Source: Trichoplax adhaerens (lineage: Eukaryota > Animalia > Placozoa). From it: a DNA stretch of 64,000 nt. The stretch covers positions 1,786,106 through 1,850,105 of the forward strand of contig NW_002060950.1 in assembly GCF_000150275.1 (NCBI RefSeq), given 5' to 3'. The translations under genes were made by a program, and so were the position numbers. The notes under the pieces are model-generated. The model ran no database searches. It was not told the origin of the DNA and saw only the letters and a program-made list of their open reading frames with translations. Shown here one piece after another: positions 1-13,252 of the stretch; positions within the stretch are counted from its first letter, which is position 1; the number at the start of each line of letters is the position of its first letter.

Positions 1-872
1 ACATTATTGCTCAATACCTATTTGGTAGGAGGTGCAAACGTTGCCACTGTGTCAAGTTGAAAAATAACCATGTTAAAAGTCAAGCAGTGGATTCAGCCGC
101 CAAAGGTAATAAGACTAGAAAGTTGATTTTGCATATCTGTCATACTGTACAAATAGGCAATTGATGGACTATTGCATAGTGTCCTTGTACTCTATGGTAT
201 CCATGTCCAAAGTTTTCACCAGTCAAGAGGCAGGAAATGTCTTATCAGTATTCCTTTTTGTTGACTACTGACTACTTGTATGAAAATTGCGTTACCGTAC
301 AAGACAAGCGTATGATATCGTCTTACTCTTCTTGCTCTATCGACTCTCACACAGTGTGCTTAAGGAATACCAAAATGAATTTTAATGCCGTAGTCCACCA
401 GTCAAGGAAATTGTCTTACTTGTTTAAAAATACAGTAGTGGCTTGATTGGATCATAAATCGTTGGTACTGTACTTTACAGCAGTTCTGCGGACTATAGGG
501 GATATATTGTGTGCTTGTTATTGATGGAAAGTCTGTCATATCATCATCGCTATGTACGGTAAATAGTAAACAGTATCGAAATACCGACATCAATTTCCAT
601 TCTAAGCATTCTATGAATAAGTTTCTGAGTTGTATCTATTTCAATCATTGAACTACGTAGTATTAACAGAGTGGCCAAAAAAATCACGACGTTTTTCCTT
701 CAGCTATACTCTACCGACGTAGACAAGTCGTTATGAAACCATCCTGTCATTGAATGTCTTAACTGGCCTCGTTTTTACTACTCAATAGTCGATAATATCA
801 CTGCAGTGGGTATCGTACCTAAAACACTCGTTTGTATAAGTAATAAGTGAGTGATAATACAACAATAAAATC

Positions 873-3800
873 ATGATGGAATCGATAGCGGTATCTAGGT
901 ATTGGTATCCCCATTAAAATATAAATATAAACCTTCATATCATTATTCAGTCCGTAATGTGATATACTAGTCAATGCACGATAATTGCAGCTTAAATGTT
1001 GGTGGATGAAATGTTTCTTCTTGAGTTGGTGTCTACATATTGATACAATCTAATAATTCTTTCAATATGATGTAACTATGATAAGGAGCCGAATGATATA
1101 CCACCATAACAATATCGGATAACTTGCGTAATACACAGCTATAGCGATATAATTTTACTGTTAATTAAAAGAATTTGATATAAGATATCTTTAAATTACG
1201 CAATAGAGAAATGATACTCGACCTCTGGCCCAATTTTATCACGCCAATGAATCGTTAAATAAAATTATTCGTGAATTGGGAAGTTTTGATGGTAAACAAG
1301 ATGTCCAACGTTGTGCGACTTTAGTTAATAAGCTACGTGAACAACATCAGCTTGTTTATCAGAAAATGACAGCAGTTATGGAAGAGGCTATACCAATGAA
1401 TCTACGTCATCCTCGTCATTATCGTTTAAAATTTCCTGAAGATTTCTTAACCGACAATTTAGGAGGTACGTATCAATATTCTATCGTTTTGATGATTGAT
1501 TGAATCAAAGATATCCGTAAAATTTTATAGTTATGGAATTGTATTAATCAGACATTTTTTTATTTTTGTTTCAAATAGGAATGATCTGGTTCGGAATCGA
1601 GGTAAGAATCCCACTTTCTTAGGGGTATTATTCGATGTATTTTACGACTTTTAATAATGTGTATGCAGTACAAAGTGAGCTATAAATTTTACAATAGTGT
1701 CTTCCGCTCACTGCCTACGAGAATATCAATTTAAATATGGCTAGTTACAGTAGAAGATACATCTTTATATAGCTTAAAACCTTCAATTCTTAATATTACC
1801 TAACGAAAACAATTATGGTGATTACAAGAGACTAATAAACAAATTGCAAGTAAAATTCATGTTCCATTTGCAATCGTAACTTGTAATAGGGGATCTCAGC
1901 TGGTAGTGCAGTTCTAAATCACGAGGAGGAAAGCCAGGAAATGAAACCTTTAGCAGCAGAATTGCATAAGCAATTAAATACAGTGCGGGACCGGCTCAAA
2001 AATCAATCATTACGAAATATTAATATCTATCCTAAAAAGGTACTACACTTATATTTTATTGAGATATAATTTCTCTGGTCTTATTATCATCAATTGTGGT
2101 TTAAAAATCACATGCTTTCATAATTACGTTTTACGTTACCCTTATTATCAAATAAACTGCATCGTTTCTCTTGTTTTTATAGGTTATAAATGAATTAATA
2201 GAACTTGATAGGCTATGGTCAGAATTTGAATTGAGGTAAATTTATTATTTGTCATTTCTTTCCATTCTCGTAAGATTATTAGTTATGAGGTACCGCAACC
2301 ACGTACTGTTATTGTATCTATTAAATGGGAAAAAAATGCGTAAATTAACTTCAGTTTTGATGGCTGTACTACATGGGATACTATTTAAGTGCAATGATAT
2401 TACATTAAGATGTTTATTACTTCGTAATCTTACTATCGTTAATATCATCAATATTTAATACGACTGTCTTCACATTTACCTATTTGAAATTATAAATACT
2501 AAGTCAAAGTTTTTTCTTTCAATTTACCACGGTTGTGTGTAAAGATATGTAAACCTTTTAACAGAACTAAAGTCACCTACATCAGTTGAAGATGGACAAC
2601 TTCTTGCTGTAATGTTTTCAGAAGCCATTGATAGGTTAAAAATAAATCTAGAATATAACTTATACATTATCATATGATTAAGGATCATTAACTTCAGTTG
2701 ATGCTTTTGCTAATCTTCTAGGGCATTAAAGTCAGATCTTATAACATCTGCCGAATTAGAATGTTTCGATCCCACAGTTTTCTTCGCCGTACCACGTCTA
2801 GCAATTCTATAGTAAGTGCTTTCTAGATGAAACCTTGTAGTTACTAACCAATCTCGCAAATTATCGGGCTATTCACATCCAAAAAATTTACTTTAAATTT
2901 TTTATCAAATTATACAAGTCAACACAATGGATCAACAGTTTATCATTGCAGTAGTTATGATACCTTTACTTTATCCAATATTATATATTTTATTATAAAG
3001 ATAATCTAATTGTAATATTTCTTGTTATCGCTTTAATCTAAAGCTGTATTTCCGGTTGCCATGAAGAAGAATTCGAAAATGATTTCAATTCCGATATGAC
3101 AATACCCTTAATGTTTAATAGCTTCAGAGAGGAATTACAAGAAATCAAGTATATTAGTTTCTTGAACTAATTCATCTTTTGGAATTGAATAATAAATGCT
3201 GATGTTAACATATGCGTAGAACTAATTCTAATTTGTGTTAAAATATCTTCGTTTAGATTACTGTTACGTGAAGTTGGTGATGAAGATTTATCAAAATTGG
3301 AGATTGATTTGTCAAATCAGAATAATAAGGTAGTAAAGACGGCAGCAAAGGAAGCCAGTGTAAATAATGATAGTATTGGAATGGCAAGTCAAGCGCCTGT
3401 TTCGAACAGTGATGGTGATGATATTAAGTATACCGCGTTGAAAGTAGTGCAAGTTCAAGGAAATAGCGATATTTTACATGAGTTGTTCGTTAAAATTTCA
3501 TCTATTGCCGATCGGCTGCACCATATTCACGCAGAAGATATCAGATCTGCTCTCCAAAAGTCTATTAAGGTTAATTTATTGTCGAAACCGTCTCATAGTG
3601 ATGGCGATATGAATCAAAGTGTTGCCGAAGAAAAAAATGAATTATCTACTCCATTGGAAGTGTTAACAACTAATGAAAATAGTAGCAGCTCAAATGATGG
3701 AGATAAAATGCATAGAACTGTTAATGAAGTTCAGCATGAAAGACCCCAAGAATTACAAAATGGTAGGATAGTTTTGGGTATAGGCTAATTAGTCGTTTAA

Positions 3801-4319
3801 TAACGGGTAGAAACACGGAACATAGCAGGACTTTTTCAAGTAAAATTGCGTTTGGCACAGACGTTACAGCATTATGTTATTATGTAATAAGTGATAATGC
3901 TACTCATCAGTCCATTAGCAACATGTCACATTCACATTAATACGTATACTTGTCTTTCATAACATTTGATGGCTTTCAAGAACTACGTTGCCCTAAGTGA
4001 TGTTATTATTAATTAGATCTGATTCAGCCGCCTTCTTGGGTCCCTGATTCAAGATGTGATGCTTGCACTTTTTGCGAAGCTACCTTTACCGTGTTAAGGA
4101 GAAAGCATCATTGCAGAAATTGTGGAAAAGTAAGTACTATTTTGCGCTTCGATCTTCTATTTGCGAATTACTAACTACTTAACTCTCATCTTACAATCGA
4201 ATAATTTCTTTAATTACTAGATATTTTGCAAGAACTGTGTATCTGCCAGCAAGAAAATTCCTCGTTTAGGCTTTAATCGACCGGTTAAAGTCTGTCAAGA
4301 ATGCTTCAATAATGAATAA
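873..4319 (+). CDS. ZFYVE28: Lateral signaling target protein 2 homologue (Lst2, FYVE zinc-finger protein), multi-exon
   Basis: Hand-spliced GT-AG exons 1207-1465, 1579-1601, 1890-2039, 2183-2235, 2545-2634, 2722-2811, 3044-3148, 3257-3762, 4017-4129 and 4221-4319 stay in frame. They give [66 protein letters not shown], matching the Lst2 N-terminal domain. The C-terminal FYVE is [28 protein letters not shown], with TAA at 4317-4319. The first exon (873-890, MMESIA) is tentative. Confidence 0.92.
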
Positions 4320-4905
4320 CCTCAGTCTTCACCAATGATAACATCAGCGTACTATAACCTTATCTATATAATGCTGATATAATATCATTTCATTTGCAGT
4401 AGTGATCGAAACTACCGTGTAAATTACACAAAAATTGGAATGTAAGATACTTGTATGGTAGAATGAAAAAGCAGCACTGGACCTGATATAAATGCTGTTG
4501 TTTTATTTATGTCAAACATATTAAACGATGTACAGTATGTTCAAACTACGGACGATAATTTTGCTGCTGTAATAATAGCAATAAAATATTATTAATTATT
4601 GGAAAGCCTACTTACTGATGTCTTATTTGGTTACCATTTAGCTATCGTGCAAGTGTATTTACAAATAAATTGAAAAGATTTAATCGTAAAGTCAGTCATT
4701 CTTAGGAGTTATGGCTAACACAAAATTAGCAGCTACTCATTGTGATAAGGTCATTCAGAATAATTAATGAGTGATGGATAGCGTAAAATACCGAATTTGT
4801 CATTTTCAAATAGATCTTTATTTAAGTCTTTTTACCGTTTATTAGTCAAAATGTTAAAAATACATCATCACGTATAATAAAAGTATTTAATTGTGAGTTT
4901 GGGTA

Positions 4906-7900
4906 TTACCATCCTTTGCCCTTTTTCTTTTTCACAGGTTTCTTTACGGGCTTTTTTACTGGCTGGGCTGCAGTGGGCTTCTCCTGTTGTTTAGTAGCTT
5001 CCGCTACTGGGGCTGTCTTATTTTGAGATGTTGCTGCCGCAGCAGTAGCAGATCTATTTTATATGAAAAGTTTATGATGAAAATACTTCAATTAAATCGC
5101 AAAAAACCAACGATAAAAAATAAAAATATACACTCGTAGCCAGACTTACGCATCATATCCAGCAGAGCTTGCAGTACTTCCTTGACTACCACCTTTGCCT
5201 ACGTATGGTATTTACAGTATATGATCGTTACTTCAGTGAACTCATTATTTTAACCTTAATAGTAATTTTTTGCATTATTTTACTGCATACCTATTGGTGC
5301 CCGCTTCCTTTTCTTGTAATATGATCTTTCACGTCGAGGTAACCATCTCTCTGGATCAGGTTGTTTAGTAGCATCAAAGTTCTTTGGTAATTTTCCTATA
5401 GAAATTTTATTTACATTAGGCGGTAGCTTATGATAAGATTGCAGCTTTTAAGAACTGTACGAAAATAGAATTATTCACTATGATATACAAATAATTCACC
5501 TTTTCTTTTGCGAGCTTTGCGTTTCTTACGAACAATGATAGGCCTACAAATAAAGATTTATTTGAGTCATGAAACGCATTAAATAACATTCTCCTGATTC
5601 GATGTCGAGTATAATTAATTAGCAGCCTAGGTATTTTTCCAGTTAACAGTACGCGCTTGAGCAAGAAATTTTTTTGATCTATGCTTATAAGAAGAGGCTT
5701 ACTTAAGATCGCTGTCGCCAGCATCTGTGCCAACTTTTACCATTCGCTTTGCTTGACGAGCACTATACAAATGCTGTGCCATTTCCAGGTTATCGACATC
5801 GATATCAACTTCAGTTTCTACATCTGGAAGTTCTTTACTTAATCTTTTTAAGGTTATAGAATTAAGGTAGTACTACACTGTTTGGAGATGAACAGAATCA
5901 GTCCTATACAGATGGTGTTGCTACAATCATTTAAGTGTCAAAATTGTGTCATGTAAGGATACAATTCTGCTTTCTCTGAGTTAAACTTTGAGTAAGCTGT
6001 AATTAATTGTGATAAAATTCTAATATCGTTCGGGCTTGATCTACAATGAATTCACCAAATCAAAACATTTTAGTAGATAAATATCCTCAGTTTTTTACTC
6101 GAATATCAGTTATTTTCCAAGCGTACGAATCAGCTAAAGCTCCCTTACTTTCGTAAGCTTTCAAGAGATGCAACGGCGTCCTCGGGCTTACCAAGCTGCA
6201 GTTTAAGATTGGCGTTTTCTTTCAGAGCGACAAACAACTGGGGTGGCAATTCTGAACCCTACATATATAAATTACGTGATAAAAGCGTATGAATATCAAG
6301 AATTATAGGTAGAGAAGCGCCGACAAAAATTATTGAACTATAGTTTATTGTACCTGGGCTTCTTTATACCAATGTTGAGTATTTTCATCCATTAGTTTTG
6401 AGGCAGAATGTGCCTCTCCCAAATTCGTCAAAAGAGCTACGACAGTCGCTATCTGAATTACACAAGATATTTACACTTCATCAAGGGGTGTAGGCATATA
6501 TGTATATCGAGTATTCGTAAAAATATATAGTCTAGATGTACTGTCATCAAAATAATTTTACTATTTATCCCTAAAAATGCATTTGTCTCCATGAATGTGA
6601 TTACTAACAATTCCTAATCTGTGATTGTCCTTCATCTTTTTCAAGGTTTCTATCGCCATTTGTTTGTTACCTAACAATTATAAAGACAATGTGAAATTGT
6701 GAGAGCACTAGTAAAATATGGGCATAAAATATTAAAATATTGTTACATTTACAGAAGTTATAATACCTTGCATTAAATACAATTGGGCAAGTGTTAAGAA
6801 TCCCTTTTCTGTTATGTTGGATGACTCTTTTATCATATTCTAGCGAATAGACCCCAATTTTTGTAATTTTAATTTTGTAATGGTAAATTCTACGATAAAT
6901 TGAAATACTATCATTATAGTTGATCACATTCAATGCTATACCTGCAAGATGGAGATTGCATTCTCGAAATTTTTTTCTTTAACTGAACGAAAAGAACGCA
7001 GAATATCCGCCATTTCATGCATGTCATGAGATTTTATTAAATGTTGTAACGATTCTTGAAATTGTTCAGGCTGTAAATTAGGAAATTGTTTTGACATATT
7101 AGTGCTACGTTTTATTAGAGAGAGTACAGAAGTGAAATTGTTGTACGAGTATATTAAACAAAAAATTCTTCAATACTTGATTAGCATATATATGCAGCAA
7201 GCATTTATTTAGTTCCATTGATTTCAACTGAGATGATGTTAGTTTGTGACGTAGGCCTTCAGCTGCTAGGGCTTTGATTTTCTTTTTTGAATCAAAGACA
7301 TCTTTATCCTAAAAAAATTAGTCAAGAAAGATGAGACATCAATTAATTAATACGTTAGGTTGTACACACATATAATACCATCATAAATAGGGCAAAATTC
7401 AAATACTACTTTACCTTGTTTATGGTAATGACATTATTGGAAGCGACAGCAACCAAAGTAGTGTCGGTGGGTCTAAAATCGTATTATAAAGATAGGATTT
7501 AATAACATAATCGGCAATTTCAAGTGGTTTAATATTGATCCATACTTGGTTTTCAAAACTTGATTGTATAGGCGAAGAGCTTCAGTATTGTTTTGATTAC
7601 GTTGGTGAGCAAAACCAAGTTGTACTCTAGCAGATCATTGTCGAATTAATAACTATGTTGTGGATGTCAACATCGATCGCGAGATTTAAAGGATCGTGAT
7701 GGAGTAAATCCTATAGTGCTTACAGCTAAAAAAGATCATTACTATAGTACCTTACAACACCGAGCTCGTCTTCAATTTCTTCTTCGGTTACATCCTTTGG
7801 AAATAATACAAGTTAATAAAAAATTACTTTCAGCATATGAGCAAAGAAAAATAATTACAGTAGTTGACCCATTACCGCATCATCATCGTAAGATCGCCTG

Positions 7901-10900
7901 CATAGTTCTGTATTCAATAATAATGAAAGCAAAATTAAAAGCATGGTCAATTTTATTATAAATAGGATGTATGTGATTAAAGTATTGTAAATTACGCTCA
8001 AATGATCACAAATCAGGATATAAACCTTCCGCTTCATTGAGCTTATTGATTGTTTCTTTAATTTGTCCTCTGGATAATAAATTGCAGGCAGCGTTGTAAC
8101 GCAATTCGTAAGTATCTTCACGCAAATTACGGTCATGCTAGTTTTTGTTACAAAAATAAAGGTCAGCTTAAGATACCATAAGCAATATTCATGTTAACGT
8201 TTGTTGTAACGATAAGCGCATTGCTATACAGTAGGACTGTATTCCATAATCTTGGGTAGGGAAACAATAATCTCACAATTTGGATGAAAGTTTCCATTTT
8301 AACTACGGTATAACTAAGATAGTATCTATTATATTGACAATTAAGAAGGTCACTTTGCTGTCCGGTCAGTTGGTTGAATTTTATATTGTAATAGCCGGAG
8401 AATGAATTAACTTGATCAATTAGAACTATTATCTAAAGTACCTTTTATATACGTGTAGAATAACTGAATAATTGTGTTCATCTGCAGTCTTAAGGTGTTA
8501 TTATTAAGAGCGACGTCTATTTACCATTTAGGCAAGAATTTTACTGTATCTCCTTGCAGTTAATTATACTTTTAGCATAGAAATGGGCCTATTCTGTCAA
8601 ATAAGCGCGGTAGAAATCATATGAACATCTTGCAAATTTCATTATTAAGATACTATGATAATACGCCATCATTGATGTAGATCAATATGTCTATGCATAT
8701 TCGGTGCTAGCGCTGCAGACTGTTAAGATATCGTATAGCATTGTGTCTCTTCCGATCCATTGCAAGTGGTGGAATATGTAAATTAAGACTATGGAAAACA
8801 GTAAAGTATTTAGCTTCAGAGACTACGCTACTGTTTTTTTTCCTCTATAGTTGAAAGTTATAACCTCCATCACAGAGTATTTGTGTCTTTTGTGTATCAT
8901 TTATACTTATACAGTTTTTTTTCCTCTACAGTTGCAAGTTGCAACCTCCATCACGGAGTATTTGTGTCTTTTGTGTATCATTCATATTCATAAAGTAAAG
9001 TGCAATGGGTCAGGTCAATTGTCTAAAAAACTCAATGATCTCTTCGATAGCTTAGGTACAACTTACAAGCACAATATTCTAAACAAGTTTTACGTGATAG
9101 CATTTGTTGTGATCTCTTTTATACGATTGACTTACGATGCTAAGTAATGCACAGGCAGCAGCCAAGTTTGTCTCTCTTTCGTTTTCAAAATCATCCTAAA
9201 AGTAAGTTACACTCAGTTCTATTTCCATGTATTTAGATAACTATGTTATATCGTCCAGTTGAGACATTGATTAGCTATAAACTAGAGTGATTCCATAGGC
9301 ATTTAATTGATCAAGATATCTATATGAGGATCTTTGGATACTCTATAGATAATACATATAGTATAGAATAGTATGTAAAGCAAGAATACACTTACTTGAG
9401 AATTTTTGATTAAGTTTCGATATACAGTAATGCATTCTTTATAATTTTCCAACCTGTAAAGCTGTTGTCAGCGAAAGGACGATAGAATATGAAGGTGAGT
9501 GATTGTAATAGTATGGTCGTGTTTATTAAAATGGGACTTGGTAATCAAAATTTCACTTACTACTTGCGCCAATAACTCTTTACACTTGTCGTTCGGATTG
9601 GCTTGAGATTGAAGAAGTTCCAGTGCAGTTTTAGTTTTATGTAAACGATAATAACAGTAGCTTTCTTGGAAAGTCAAATCGACGCTATAGAATAGTTTAA
9701 TCATGATAACAATAATATTGATTAATACATAATTTAGATTGGGAGAGAGAGCGGCCATGTGATATTTTTCCGCCGTATTGCATAAGAAAGACAGAAAATT
9801 ATATGCATCAGATGCAGTTTAACATTGAAGTGGATATTAAGGACCGATCGTTCTACACCAAATGTATAAAAATAGGTCAAGAATGTGAACCTGAGCTACT
9901 TGTTCTTACCCGGATAATAGGTCTCGCTTAGACTTGATAAAAGTTAAAGCATTGTCGTATTTTCCTTGTTGAATTAAGCTGCAAAGTCGACATAGCAGAG
10001 CGTCTTTATCCTGGGGAGCTTCTTTTAAAACTATAAAGCGAAAAGAAGCGTGATTAGTCGTAACATATCATTTTTACGATCATTTGTTCATTTAATGCAT
10101 GTTATTTATTGGTATAGTATTTGGATGCCCTGTTGAATAAGTCCCTTGAATACGTAAGATTAGGTTCGATACGGTTGTTGTTATTGATGAAGAATGCATT
10201 TTGGAGTGCGAATTACTCGTTTAAGCCATGGCAAGAGACTGTTTTCACTTTAGTTACAACCGATCATGAATGCTATCTGTACAGTATGTAGGCTATTCCT
10301 ATTTCAAGTATAGTCTCGTATAGTATTTGGATGCCCTATTGAACAAGTCCATTTCATACGTCAGATGTACTCGTAAAGACTGTAAGTATACAAGGAGAAG
10401 AGTGCCGTCCTTTCGTCTAGACGATTGTTGCTATCCATGAAGAATGCATTTGGAGTACTAATTACTCGTTTAAGCCATGGCAAGTGATTGTTTTCACTTT
10501 AGTTACTACCGATGATGAATGCAATCTGTATGAAGATTGTTGCCATGAAGAGTATAGTCTTGTATCGCTTTTCGATCCCCTATTGAATACGTCAGATTAG
10601 CTTGTAGACGGTTGTTGCTATCCATGAAGAATCCATTGGGAGTACTTACTCGTCTAACCCAAGCAAGAGATTGTTTTGACTTGAGCTATTACTGATGATG
10701 AATGGTGTATCGATGTCGACTATTGCCATGGATAGTCTAGTTTTGTATATAGTATTGGAGAGTAGAAGAAGAATGGGGAGGTAGTCATTACCTGTGGAAC
10801 AAATGGTAAGAGACTGTTTTGACTTGAGTTACTACTGATGGTGAATAGTGTATCGATGTCGATTATTTGCCATGGATAGTCTAGTTTTGATGGTAAAAGA

Positions 10901-11622
10901 TTGTTTAGACTTGAGTTACTACTGATGATGAATGGTGTATCGATGTCGACTATTGCTATGGATAGCCTAGTTTTGTATATAGTATTGGAGAGTAGAAGAG
11001 GAATGGGGAGGTAGTTATTACTTGTGGAACAAATGGTAAGAGATTGTTTTGACTTGAGTTACTACTGATGATGAATGGTGTATCGATGTCGACTATTGCC
11101 ATGGATAGTCTAGTTTTGATGGTAAAAGATTGTTTAGACTTGAGTTACTACTGATGATGAATGGTGTATCGATGTCGACTATTGCCATGGATAGTCTAGT
11201 TTTGTATATAGTATTGGAGAGTAGAAGAAGAATGGGGAGGTAGTCATTATTTGTGGAACAAATGGTAAGAGATTGTTTTGACTTGAGTTACTACTGATGA
11301 TGAATGGTGTATCGATGTCGACTATTGCCATGGGTAATGTAGTTTTGGATGGTATTTTCTATCTCCATTGAATATGTAAGATGGAGACTAGAAGAAGAAG
11401 AGTAACGCCAGTTCTGCTACGCACTGCCAGTGCTTGCGATTGATGAAGAATCCATTTTGACAGGCAATCATTCTCAATATTGAAACGCGAACATAGCCTC
11501 ATCATTGACTTACTCTTTTTAATGACAGGATCAGCTTTATTATAGTCTCCTTCATCAGCAAAACGTTTTAATTGAGCGAATAATTGGTCTAACGAGGAGG
11601 AATCTGCCGACGAATTGGCCAT
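4906..11622 (-). CDS. SRP72: Signal recognition particle subunit SRP72, about 22 exons
   Basis: ATG at 11622 (MANSSADSSSLDQLFAQLKRF). Spliced exons give FQESYCYYRL, LYRLENYKEC, DDFENERETNLAA, TYELRYNAAC, VASNNVITINKDKDVFDSKKKIK, the RNA-binding motif GKLPKNFDATKQPDPERWLPRRERSYY (about 5291-5396) and the C-terminus KKKKGKGW-stop (TAA 4908-4906). All are SRP72 hallmarks. Confidence 0.96.
8802..9034. repeat. Dispersed repeat in an SRP72 intron, with an internal ~78-bp duplication, homologous to the tRNA-Arg 3' flank at 22435-22600
   Basis: taaagtatttagcttcagagactacgctactgttttttttcctcta..aacctccatcac..gtgtctttt..tctaaaaaactc aligns by eye with 22435-22600. Confidence 0.8.
10110..11350. repeat. 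Tandem repeat filling SRP72 intron 1: homogeneous alternating 143/86-87-bp units plus older degenerate copies
   Basis: The anchor gattgttttgacttgag recurs at 10669, 10812, 10899, 11042, 11128 and 11271. Related degenerate units lie at 10110-10660. Confidence 0.9.
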
Positions 11623-13252
11623 GGCGGAGTTCTACCATGAAGAGAGAGAGAGCGAGCAAGAAGAACCAACGTATGATACTCGCGATCATGCCTGATCACT
11701 AGTATCATTTAGTATAGCTGGCTTACTACTGTACAATACAGTGGAGCAATGATTACTGGTTTGTGAAAGACACTTGCCTCCCCATGCAGTCATGCGCAGT
11801 TCTGTCCTCTCCAGTCTCTGTTGACCGTCTTTCAAGGCTTCACGCATGCGCACTGTCTCTTTGATGGCTGTTGACCGCCTTTCGAGACTGTACGCATGCG
11901 TATTGCCTCTTCTACATGGCTTTCTACTCAAGTACCCTACTACCTGTATCATGACTCTCGGTTTCAATGGTTTACTACCGGCTTTAGCCTGACCGTGTCT
12001 AGTATCGTCGATAGACACCACTGTACGGTACAGCCCAGCATGGCTGAAATGAGCTTAGCCGCTTCACCTGTACGCCGTTACACTCTCCACAATACGGTCA
12101 ACTGTCTGTATCACGACGGTGCGCTGGATGACTCGTGACCCGCTTCACCTGTACGCGGCTACACTAGGGGATAGGTTGAACTGTCTGTGTCATGACTCTC
12201 CGTTGTGCATTGACTCTTTCGCCGCTTCAGCCTGTACGCGTTGACAGGGCATAGGTGAAGCACATTGCTGCTCATACTATACCCAGTCAACAGTGGAGTG
12301 TACCGACTGACTGTATCATGTATGACTCTCCTTTCAATGGCTCTTTATGGCTCCAATGTGCCAACTGAAGTAAGCTATCGTGCCTGTATCAAGACTGTCC
12401 CATGTCCATGGACAGTACGAGTCCATGCTACAGTACTGTCCTGTCTGGACTGTACACTGTACACTCAAGCATCCATGCATTGCTCAATACTGTCCAATAA
12501 CTGCTAATGAATGGACTACTACAACTGACAACTGACTCTTTACCTGTGCTGTACGATCACAATCTTGCAATGAAGTGAAAACGCAAATTCACTGCTGCCT
12601 ACTGATCTTACTGGAGATCCACTGTAGTACCTTACCTAGTGTCTGTATTATGTCTGTCTGTTTTCACAACTGCCACGGTCGCTCTATGACTTGCTCTACA
12701 GTACTGGACGCATGACTTGCAGCAAAGGTCACCCGTCATTTCAAGTTACCGTTATGCAAGTCACTTGGGCTACAGTGTACAGTGCAGCCTAACTACAGTA
12801 CTGTACTGTACACTGTAGGCTACGGTACGTTGTTGACAAGACACTTGACAGAGGTAGACTACAACATCAAGAGCTTTGCCAAGTTGTACAGCCATCTCTA
12901 TGACTGCTACACTACTGTATGCAACATAGCATAGCAATAAATGCTGCAGAAATGAGCTCATCTGCAAAGCCTAGCAAACAACTGCTCTCCATCATCGTTC
13001 ATCTTGGTGCTTCTTATCCATGCTAACTCAATATCTTCAGCTTGCTTATTGCTATCATACTGCTTACTAGAGTAACATCAATCCTGTTCAAGCGTTGGCA
13101 TACGCAATCTTGTATTGAATATGGCCATAAGATGTTATCATCAGTTGTAAGGAAGGATAACCTGGGCATCCAAATGAAATGCTTTGCAAAGAATTAATCT
13201 ACAATCAATCAATCCATTCTGAATTCAAGACGTAAATCATAAGGGAAAAGAA
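11623..13252. promoter_or_regulatory. Divergent SRP72/CHMP7 promoter region with NRF1-like GCATGCG sites and short repeats
   Basis: Head-to-head genes with a GC-richer interval. TCATGCGCA at 11790, ACGCATGCGCA at 11842 and palindromic TACGCATGCGTA at 11891-11902. ccgcttcacctgtacgc occurs 3 times (12059, 12139, 12222). Confidence 0.6.

Noticed and set aside
18-114. Apparent minus-strand exon with AG/GT boundaries at the window start
   Set aside because: All three frames contain stops, and the ATG-initiated frame ends in TAG at the donor. At most it is a UTR exon and cannot be supported.
10669-11350. C/D snoRNA array suggested by repeated CTGATGATGA
   Set aside because: The boxes are antisense to the SRP72 host transcript and are part of a tandem repeat without guide diversity.
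11686-12967. Several 65-111-aa ORFs in the SRP72/CHMP7 interval
   Set aside because: They arise from GC-richer repeated promoter sequence and show no recognisable protein features.
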